Of a stretch of DNA of 64,000 nt, positions 57,149 to 64,000 are shown piece after piece. The notes under the pieces were generated by a model. That model had not been told where the DNA came from, made no database searches, and worked only from the letters and a program-made list of their open reading frames with translations. Position numbers and translations under genes: made by a program. The first letter of the stretch is position 1; every line of letters starts with the position of its first letter. Origin of the DNA: a virus (taxonomy: Duplodnaviria; Caudoviricetes); IMG/VR virus record IMGVR_UViG_2974628631_000001, positions 32,001-96,000 of that record. The stretch is one strand, 5' to 3'.

Positions 57149-57221
57149 CCCCGGTTAGCTTAACTGGTAAAAGCAGCGTACTTATACTACGTATTTATGA
57201 GTTCGAATCTCATACTGGGGA
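57149..57221 (+). tRNA. tRNA-Ile(TAT)
   Basis: GCGTA-CTTATAC-TACGT; canonical D and T arms. Confidence 0.82.
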
Positions 57222-57271
57222 CCTAGAAAGTATGATTGGACTTTTAAGCGTCAAAACGTTATACTTTAATC

Positions 57272-57703
57272 ATGTCCAGACTAGTGAGTTTCTTTAAGGC
57301 TGTGGCTGAACGTCCCACTGAAGCAATCGAAGGAATCATCGCTACGGCGGTATTTCTTGTTGGCTTGTGGTTCATCAGTCCCTTTTATGAGCCTACTACA
57401 TCTGTGCAATCCCAAATTTGGGAAAGTGCAAATATCCCACAGTTTACTGGTGTCTTTCAGGCATTGGTTGCAGGAATTCTCCTATTTGCTCTGGTCAGAA
57501 AGGGTTGGGCAAGAAGGCAAATGGTTCGTCGGCAGGCGACATTTGCCATTTTCATTCTCTACCTGTTTTACGGACTCTCTTCCACCATGATTCTAGGAAT
57601 GGGGAGGGTTTCATGGGTGGCTACATTCGCTCTTGCTCTTATCTCGGGTGTGGCACATCTAAGGCTAAAGTGGGAGGAGGGTGAAGCCAATGCCAGAGAT
57701 TAG
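57272..57703 (+). CDS. 4-TM membrane protein
   Basis: Four hydrophobic segments. Confidence 0.7.
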   Translation: MSRLVSFFKAVAERPTEAIEGIIATAVFLVGLWFISPFYEPTTSVQSQIWESANIPQFTGVFQALVAGILLFALVRKGWARRQMVRRQATFAIFILYLFYGLSSTMILGMGRVSWVATFALALISGVAHLRLKWEEGEANARD

Positions 57704-57986
57704 TCAGGCGTGGCTAGCCCTGCTGGGTGCTTTGCTTGGTGGTTCTGGACTCAAGATTATTGAGTATTGGCTAAATCGCTCGAAGGTGAGGGAAGATGCT
57801 GCTGCGCAGATGCGTACTGAGCTGAGAGATGAAATCAAAGTTCTCCGTGAAGAATTGCGTACAGTTGAAGACGAACTTGACAAGTGGCGCGGCAAGTACT
57901 ATGAATTGATGGATGAGTTCATGAAGGCCAAGAGTGACCTAGCTGAGGCTCTAAGCCGTGCACGCAACCAAGCTAACGAGTCTTGA
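57690..57986 (+). CDS. membrane-anchored coiled-coil protein
   Basis: N-terminal TM + heptads; GGAGGAGG RBS. Confidence 0.7.
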   Translation: MPEISQAWLALLGALLGGSGLKIIEYWLNRSKVREDAAAQMRTELRDEIKVLREELRTVEDELDKWRGKYYELMDEFMKAKSDLAEALSRARNQANES

Positions 57987-58156
57987 CGAGACGCGAGAAG
58001 CTGTGTATAGTAGTAGATGCGAGTGGGAGAGAGACCCACAAACTTTTCCGGCGGGGTGAGGATGAAAGTCTGTAGAAACACCGGATGCGAGCGGAGCGCA
58101 CAATCTCCGCATTAAGCTTTTAAACGATTATGTAGTAGAATGGTTACGGAAGGGAG

Positions 58157-58441
58157 GTGCCTAATTTGGCATTTTACGCCGTTAACTCATTCTACTACAA
58201 TGAGGAGACTGGAAACATGTTCCTCTATCTGACTAAGCCTACAGAGGTTTCTTACGAACACTCATCAGAGTATCTTCCTGAGGACATCTTTGAGGCTCAG
58301 ATTTTCCTTGATGGAGGAATCGCTTTGATTGGAAAGAACCGACCACCTTCCCAGGATGGTACAATTCCTGGTGGAATGTATGGTAGAACAGCAAGTCCTA
58401 GCGATGACACAGTTAACCCTCTAGAAGACGCTCCCGAGTGA
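58157..58441 (+). CDS. hypothetical protein
   Basis: GGAGG near start. Confidence 0.55.
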   Translation: MPNLAFYAVNSFYYNEETGNMFLYLTKPTEVSYEHSSEYLPEDIFEAQIFLDGGIALIGKNRPPSQDGTIPGGMYGRTASPSDDTVNPLEDAPE

Positions 58442-58513
58442 CTTGACAGAGCTTAAGACGCTCTGCTAGAGTATAGATACAAGGTAAGGCAACCGCCCAA
58501 GAGTTGCCAACAT

Positions 58514-58586
58514 GCTCCCGTAGAGTAAAGGTTATCTCGCTTCCCTCTCAAGGAAGAGACTGCCGGTTCGAATCCGGTCGGGAGTG
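58514..58586 (+). tRNA. tRNA-Glu(CTC)
   Basis: CTTCC-CTCTCAA-GGAAG. Confidence 0.9.
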
Positions 58587-58923
58587 CAAATCGTTTCTGG
58601 TTGACATATTAAAAGGTTGCAACCACTCCAGAAATGGTCTAGGCTGAGTAGGAAACATTACGAACCCTCAATAGCCGATTCACGTAGTATACAGATGAAT
58701 ACTAACCGTGAATTTTGTGAAAACTGCCGACACCCTCTCGTTCCTTCAGAAGGAAAGTGGGACAATGTGGATTATCCGGATTGGGCGTGTGATGGAGTTC
58801 TGACTTTCGAGCCGGACCCGTTTGCACAAGAAATTCATGATGACCACAGTAACTACTGGAATTGTGATGGAGGGAGATACGAGTCGGCAATGGACATTTG
58901 AATATCGGGCCTTCGGGCCACAT

Positions 58924-58998
58924 GCCCCGGTAGATTCTGCTGGTAGAATCGTAAGACTTTCAATCTTGAGTTCGCGGGTTCGATTCCCGTCCGGGGTA
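58924..58998 (+). tRNA. tRNA-Glu(TTC)
   Basis: TAAGA-CTTTCAA-TCTTG. Confidence 0.88.
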
Positions 58999-59129
58999 CA
59001 ATGAATAGCTAATGTTTCTGATTTCGAATAGGGAATTGCAGCTATGCAGGAGGCCCAAGATACTAGTTAGGGTAACAGATGTTGCATGACGGCTTCGGAC
59101 ATCTTTAAACAATCAGGAAACCGTCACCA

Positions 59130-59200
59130 TCCGGCGTAGTAAAATGGTATTACATCTGCTTGCCAAGCAGAAAGCGCGAGTTCGATTCTCGTCGCCGGGA
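59130..59200 (+). tRNA. tRNA-Gly(GCC)
   Basis: TCTGC-TTGCCAA-GCAGA. Confidence 0.88.
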
Positions 59201-59245
59201 CTTCTGGGGCTTACATAAAGTAAGTCCCTTTTTCATTGGAGTGAT

Positions 59246-59446
59246 ATGAACTTCGTTACTCTTTGGAAGGATAAAGACGAATCAACTGGCATCACCCTGC
59301 ACTATGCAGGAGATGCTACAGTTCTGGAAAGCTCTATTCTTCCAATTAAGGCTCACTATTTTGAAACTAATAGTGAAGCAAAGGAATTTATTATCAAGCA
59401 GGCTTACGCCTTGCTTTCTCTTGGATATGAGGTCCATTCAGAATGA
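59246..59446 (+). CDS. hypothetical protein
   Basis: GGAG RBS. Confidence 0.5.
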   Translation: MNFVTLWKDKDESTGITLHYAGDATVLESSILPIKAHYFETNSEAKEFIIKQAYALLSLGYEVHSE

Positions 59447-59967
59447 TTCAGCTCAATTCTCGTGTGAAGATTAACGAGACCTATTCCGGCGGGATTCCTG
59501 ATGTCATCGGCAAGGTTGGCAAGGTTCAGCATGTTGCCGGAAACGTCTTCCAGCTCACTGTGACTGGAAAGGTGGAGAGTCAATATTACCGTGGTCACTT
59601 CTATGACTATAACGTTCTCGCCACCCTCTCAGAAATTGATGAGGTCCCGTACAACTTCAAGGACATGGAAGGCAACCTGGTTGAACTTGGTGATACTGTC
59701 GTGTATGGTAGCAACAAGGGTGACATGACCAAGGGCAAGGTTGTTGACATCAAGGACTTGACTCATGTACGATGGGGAGTCGATAAGAAGGAGACCAAGT
59801 TCCAGCTTGAGTACGAGGTTGATGAAAACCTGTATGATGGTGTTGAGCGTAGAGTTGCCAAGATTATCACCCGCCGAAAGTGGCTGAGTGAGGGTCATCG
59901 CACGCTTATTGTTCAGAAGGGACTCTCCAGTTATTTCCCTGGGGAGCTGATTATTCAAGATGCCTGA
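59443..59967 (+). CDS. hypothetical protein with two SH3/KOW-like modules
   Basis: NSRVKI..IGKVGKV; LGDTVVY..KGKVVDI. Confidence 0.55.
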   Translation: MIQLNSRVKINETYSGGIPDVIGKVGKVQHVAGNVFQLTVTGKVESQYYRGHFYDYNVLATLSEIDEVPYNFKDMEGNLVELGDTVVYGSNKGDMTKGKVVDIKDLTHVRWGVDKKETKFQLEYEVDENLYDGVERRVAKIITRRKWLSEGHRTLIVQKGLSSYFPGELIIQDA

Positions 59968-60154
59968 CAGACAGAAGAAGCCAAAGCCGATGGGTAATGG
60001 AAACTACACAATTTGCAGGAAGTGCCACGGCTTTGGTACAATCGTAGAAACGAAGCACTACCGAGGCAAGGTTCTTGCCAACAAGAACAACGAAGTTGAC
60101 CTCTTCATCAGATGTCCAAAGTGTCTTGGTGGAGGCTGGACAGTCGCCAAGTAG
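59960..60154 (+). CDS. DnaJ-type zinc-finger microprotein
   Basis: CRKCHGFG / CPKCLGGG. Confidence 0.6.
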   Translation: MPDRQKKPKPMGNGNYTICRKCHGFGTIVETKHYRGKVLANKNNEVDLFIRCPKCLGGGWTVAK

Positions 60155-60166
60155 TGTGCTATGATG

Positions 60167-60268
60167 GATACATCGGGTCGGAGATAAACGGTTATCATGG
60201 ATGAAATTGACTAACGCTCGATTGGGTTTCGATACCCGCTCCGTTTGTCACACCACATCCGATGTATC
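60167..60268 (+). ncRNA. Y-RNA-like RNA 6
   Basis: GATACATCGG/CCGATGTATC; GGGTCGGAG; GATAAACGG/CCGTTTGTC; GGTTATC; T-loop-like GGGTTTCGATACCC; TGCTATGAT -10 upstream. Confidence 0.7.
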
Positions 60269-60272
60269 TAAT

Positions 60273-60343
60273 GCGAGTGTGGTTTAATGGTAGAACAACA
60301 GACTTCCACTCTGTTAGTCGGGGTTCGATTCCCCGTACTCGCT
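60273..60343 (+). tRNA. tRNA-Gly(TCC)
   Basis: ACAGA-CTTCCAC-TCTGT. Confidence 0.9.
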
Positions 60344-60408
60344 CGAAACGAATGTCCCCGCTGGTAAAAACTAGCGGGGCTTCGTTGTTTCTATGGTAAG
60401 ATGGAGTC

Positions 60409-60606
60409 ATGGAAGAGATTGTTTCGTACAGCTTTGCTGTAGATATTTACAAGACGGAGTCTGGGACGTATGCTTACGGAGTGTTCCAAGAGCTAGAGTC
60501 TGAGACTGAAGATGACCTACAGTTGCTAGAAACTGGCGAGGCTGATACACTAGCTGAAGCTGCTGACATGGCAAGCAAGAGTATCAGAACGTTGTTTTCT
60601 GTGTGA
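60409..60606 (+). CDS. acidic hypothetical protein
   Basis: GGAG RBS. Confidence 0.55.
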   Translation: MEEIVSYSFAVDIYKTESGTYAYGVFQELESETEDDLQLLETGEADTLAEAADMASKSIRTLFSV

Positions 60607-60632
60607 CTTCTGACCCTTTCGTAAAGGGTCTT

Positions 60633-60705
60633 TCCCCTGTGGTCTAATTGGCAGTGACGCCGGGTTTTGGTCCCGGAAGTTCGAGTTCGAGTCTCGCCGG
60701 GGGAG
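60633..60705 (+). tRNA. tRNA-Gln(TTG)
   Basis: CCGGG-TTTTGGT-CCCGG. Confidence 0.88.
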
Positions 60706-60739
60706 CGCTCATATTGATGGTTACTATCTTGGAGTTTCA

Positions 60740-60970
60740 ATGCCTGAATGGATGATTGGACCGATTGTTGTTTACATCATCGGCGCACTTCTCATGATGT
60801 TCTGGTGCATCCAAGAACTGAGTTATACTATTGGTGATAACTTTATCATCGAAAAGTATGGCTCATATCGTGGAAGTACGATTATCACACTGATGGTTGC
60901 AGGTATGATGATTTTCTGGCTGCCCTTCATTATCGTAAGATATGCTTGGGGAATGATTAAGGGCCAGTAA
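60740..60970 (+). CDS. 2-TM membrane protein
   Basis: Hydrophobic; FWLP motif. Confidence 0.55.
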   Translation: MPEWMIGPIVVYIIGALLMMFWCIQELSYTIGDNFIIEKYGSYRGSTIITLMVAGMMIFWLPFIIVRYAWGMIKGQ

Positions 60971-61016
60971 CCATCTGGGGCATACGCCCCAAGCTTTGTC
61001 TAAAAAGGAGAATAAA

Positions 61017-61526
61017 ATGTTTGACTGGATTCCGTTCGATTCTGTCCTGTTCTGGATTTGGCTTGCGGGATTCATCCTGCTTTCGCCAATTGTCTTCTTC
61101 GCTTGGATGCTCAATTCAGCATTCCTCGGAGATTCCACGGACAGTTGGTATCGGACCTACATGTTTGTCTGGTTTACTTTCCTGGGATTTGTGATGACTT
61201 GGCTCTGGCCTATCGGTCTTCCTCTGTTCCTGGTATTTGAGGCAAACAGTAAGCGTAAGTCTCGTAAGTGGGACAGGATTTACAAGTACAAGAAGGCTAC
61301 CGTCCCGCATTACTGGGAAGAGGCTTACATCAGGAATTCCAAGGTGCTTGATGGTGCCAAGGTTCGGATTCTTGACTGGGAAATTGAGCCCGGAATGACC
61401 CGTGTTTCTTCTTGGGATGGTAAGTTGATTACAAGGACTCACTTTCTTAAGCATGTGAAGCAGGCGGTTCTTCTTTGGCCTACTAAGGACCTTGAGCTTA
61501 TTCCTGAAAAGGTTAAGAAGGTTTAG
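61017..61526 (+). CDS. membrane protein
   Basis: AAGGAG RBS; 2 TM segments (LWP) + soluble tail. Confidence 0.6.
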   Translation: MFDWIPFDSVLFWIWLAGFILLSPIVFFAWMLNSAFLGDSTDSWYRTYMFVWFTFLGFVMTWLWPIGLPLFLVFEANSKRKSRKWDRIYKYKKATVPHYWEEAYIRNSKVLDGAKVRILDWEIEPGMTRVSSWDGKLITRTHFLKHVKQAVLLWPTKDLELIPEKVKKV

Positions 61527-61574
61527 TAGAGTGGCCCTTCGGGGCCAAGCTTTCAACTACATAGAGGAGATAGA

Positions 61575-61883
61575 ATGAAGGTCCTGATTGTACTTGCTCT
61601 TCTTGCGGCCTTCCTGTATCTTAGGGAGCGTAACCGTGGCATTAGGGCAGCACGAAAGTCTCGTGAGCGCCTTGAAGCCCTGAAGAAGGGTGAGAATTAC
61701 GGCCGGTGGTTTACCATCGCTAGCTCACTTGACGAAGAACGTACCTACTATGGTAAGGTAATCAGGTGGGATGTTCCAGAAGACCCCCGAAATGTTGCTG
61801 AGCTTTATTGTGTAGAGGGTTCTAATCCTGATGGATGGACACCATCCTTCCTGTGGTATAAGGATGACCTAATTCTTCAGTAG
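61575..61883 (+). CDS. membrane-anchored hypothetical protein
   Basis: GAGGAG RBS; N-terminal TM. Confidence 0.6.
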   Translation: MKVLIVLALLAAFLYLRERNRGIRAARKSRERLEALKKGENYGRWFTIASSLDEERTYYGKVIRWDVPEDPRNVAELYCVEGSNPDGWTPSFLWYKDDLILQ

Positions 61884-61944
61884 CATTTCTGCCCGGATTA
61901 CGGGCAAGCTAGCATTAACAACTGCCAATAGTTAGGTTAAGATA

Positions 61945-62145
61945 ATGATTGCATTGCTTATGACCATCTACCTCATTGGTGCCATTGTAATGGGAGCGTA
62001 TGTTCTCTTTGCAGCTATGATGGGTGCGATGTTTGGTACGCTTCCTGTTTCAGACCTTTTGAAGGTGCTCTTTGTCGCTGCCATTTGGCCCGTTGCGGTT
62101 ATTTGGGGAGTTGGCAATGTGCTCTATCAGAAGGTAAGGAACTAA
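61945..62145 (+). CDS. 2-TM membrane protein
   Basis: Hydrophobic; IWP motif. Confidence 0.55.
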   Translation: MIALLMTIYLIGAIVMGAYVLFAAMMGAMFGTLPVSDLLKVLFVAAIWPVAVIWGVGNVLYQKVRN

Positions 62146-62739
62146 ATGGATTTCAAAGAACTACATGAGGCTATTCCTTATGCAACTGGAGAAAAGCTCC
62201 ATGTAATGGAAATGAAGCCTTATGCCAACATTACCCTATCAATGCCGGGTCGTCATCAAAATGACACTGACCCAAAGGGCGGGGATTTTGTTGTAATGGT
62301 TGACAGCTCTTCTCTTGGATGGGTTAAGCATCAGTTCACTCATGGTGACCTATGGGATGACCTTGAAAAGAAGAAGGTCGCTGATAATGCCAGAGCGGAA
62401 CTTCTCATGAAGGAGTATGCTAAGGTAGTCAGAGGAGCTGAGCCTAATTGGCAGCCGCTTCCCTCTGGACAGTCAGACCCTTGGGCTGCTACACTAGACC
62501 CAACAACGTTCCTTCATGCAGTACAGTGTTTGGCAGTAGCCGAACATCGCCGGTACTGGCCTCATGAGTGTCAGGGTGGTGGAAGGTACTTGCCAGCACG
62601 GTTCTCAATGGGTATCATTGAATGGTACTGGACAGCAGAAGACGCCAAGGCTTATCAGTATCGTGGTCGTCAAGGACTTGAGAATCTAATCAAGGAAAAG
62701 GGACGACCGACTCCGCTCAAGAAGTATGCCGAGAGCTAA
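62146..62739 (+). CDS. hypothetical protein
   Basis: 197 aa ORF with AAGGA RBS. Confidence 0.65.
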   Translation: MDFKELHEAIPYATGEKLHVMEMKPYANITLSMPGRHQNDTDPKGGDFVVMVDSSSLGWVKHQFTHGDLWDDLEKKKVADNARAELLMKEYAKVVRGAEPNWQPLPSGQSDPWAATLDPTTFLHAVQCLAVAEHRRYWPHECQGGGRYLPARFSMGIIEWYWTAEDAKAYQYRGRQGLENLIKEKGRPTPLKKYAES

Positions 62740-62781
62740 AAACTCTGGGCATTTGGACCCTTTCGTAAAGGGGTCCAAGCT

Positions 62782-63048
62782 ATGGACAATCTAGATGAAA
62801 TCGCAGAGGAACTTGAAAGACATTTCTTGGTCCACAATTATGAATGGAAGTTCGAATACGGACTTTCCAACCCCGATGCTGACGACTTGAAGAAAGCCAT
62901 TCAGAAGGCTGTAATTATTCTTGAAGCTCAGGAAGGTGACACCAATCTAGAGGTTGGTCATCTGCTCTTTACCAAGAGAGCAAATGTAATTGACATCTTC
63001 GTCCATACCGGAACAATTGGAGAAAATAGTGAAGACAGCAGTGTATGA
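62782..63048 (+). CDS. hypothetical protein
   Basis: ORF directly after stem-AAGCT element. Confidence 0.55.
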   Translation: MDNLDEIAEELERHFLVHNYEWKFEYGLSNPDADDLKKAIQKAVIILEAQEGDTNLEVGHLLFTKRANVIDIFVHTGTIGENSEDSSV

Positions 63049-63511
63049 GTACACGCACCGGACCAACGTTGACAGCTCTCTTGCTGATGTGGTCTATTAC
63101 AACGCCACGAATTACACGATGGCTATCCAGTTCAAGAACAACGGTTACAGCACCCCGAGCGTTTTCTACGGCAGCGTTCCTGAGGTTTTCTATGACCGAC
63201 TGGTAAAGGCTGACAGTCTCGGCAAGACCTACAACATGTTCGTCAAGGACAAGTTGCCGAACCTTTCTGGTGGTACGGTTTACGATGTCACCTACACTCT
63301 TGCGGGTGAGGCAGACAGTGAGCCTATCGTTGACCAGAAGGTTGCAACTCCTGAGACAATGCGGTATCGTGTAAAGGGTTATGTCCGACACGTGGGAACG
63401 TTTGAGGCCGATAGTCTTGAGGAGGCACGGGAGTTCTTCCTTGACAGTCTGGTTGAAGACGGTTACGATGCTTCGGACCTAGCCGTTACGGAGGTATACA
63501 TCGTTGAGTGA
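63029..63511 (+). CDS. KTSC-domain protein
   Basis: VDSS...V.Y....M.IQF...Y..VP...Y..L..A.S.G..YN..VK. Confidence 0.65.
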   Translation: MKTAVYEYTHRTNVDSSLADVVYYNATNYTMAIQFKNNGYSTPSVFYGSVPEVFYDRLVKADSLGKTYNMFVKDKLPNLSGGTVYDVTYTLAGEADSEPIVDQKVATPETMRYRVKGYVRHVGTFEADSLEEAREFFLDSLVEDGYDASDLAVTEVYIVE

Positions 63512-63815
63512 AGTTCGTAAGGCTCAGTCTTTGGCTGAGCTTACCGAAATCATCAATAGCAATGATTCGGTTGTTGTTGATTTCAGCAAGTCTGAGGGTT
63601 GTGTTTATTGCAAGAGGCTTGCCCCGCACTTTGAGAAGGCTGCGGCAAAGTCAGATGTACCATTTGTTGAAGTTGACTTGCTAAATGTCACTGAGGCAAT
63701 TGAAGCATTCGGAATTCAGTCAGTGCCAACAGTGCTACACTTCAAGACTGGGGAGCCTACTGCTACCCTTTCTGGCCGAACATCTGTTAAACTTCTTCAG
63801 GAGATTAGCGGCTGA
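63504..63815 (+). CDS. thioredoxin
   Basis: VVVDFS..CVYC..LAP; GIQSVPT. Confidence 0.88.
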   Translation: MSEVRKAQSLAELTEIINSNDSVVVDFSKSEGCVYCKRLAPHFEKAAAKSDVPFVEVDLLNVTEAIEAFGIQSVPTVLHFKTGEPTATLSGRTSVKLLQEISG

Positions 63816-64000
63816 TTTCGGGCGGGTTCGTAAAGGACCCGCAAGCTTTCTACAGATTGGAAATCTCATGGTTGAGAGCTACGACCTTGCCCTGGTAAAG
63901 GGTAAGTCCTTCTACGGTGACAGCTACGCTGAAGTTCTTCAGTCGGTCGCAGACTTTGCGAAGGAAATGGAAGCCTATACAATTGTGTCCGTCAATATGG

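Noticed and set aside
1-64000. Integrase, repressor, reverse transcriptase/DGR or stop-codon recoding
   Set aside because: No such genes or template/variable repeat pairs seen; ORFs are intact in code 11 and no suppressor anticodons were found.

Overview
This 64-kb window is a segment of a large lytic actinobacteriophage, most like the Streptomyces cluster BE/BK-type siphoviruses. That assignment is inferred from WhiB, an ANSKNASAYALAA tmRNA tag, the DnaE/DnaB/DnaG/RecA/Cas4/RuvC set and the gene order. All real genes appear to be on the + strand. Layout: minor tail and tail-fibre genes plus holin (1-10.4 kb); replication, recombination, nucleotide metabolism, glycosyltransferases and terminase (10.5-32.1 kb); then a 30-kb RNA-rich accessory region. 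That region has about 32 mostly CCA-less tRNAs, a tmRNA, Rnl1 ligase plus Pnkp, an RNase AS-like exonuclease, a Sir2-macrodomain pair, rIIA/rIIB and many small genes. Signals that a standard annotation would miss: (1) six paralogous Y-RNA-like ncRNAs (GGGUCG[G/A]A..GGUUAUC ... AUCC) with swapped payloads, one a clear circularly permuted YrlA-type tRNA mimic; (2) about 21 copies of a stem + AAGCUU element that forms the exact linker between structured RNA modules and separates gene cassettes; (3) two large unannotated structured RNA loci at 39.6-40.0 and 41.1-41.6 kb; (4) a strand-polarised GGCGGGT motif about every 2 kb. All counts, pairings and coordinates were made by eye and need computational confirmation.
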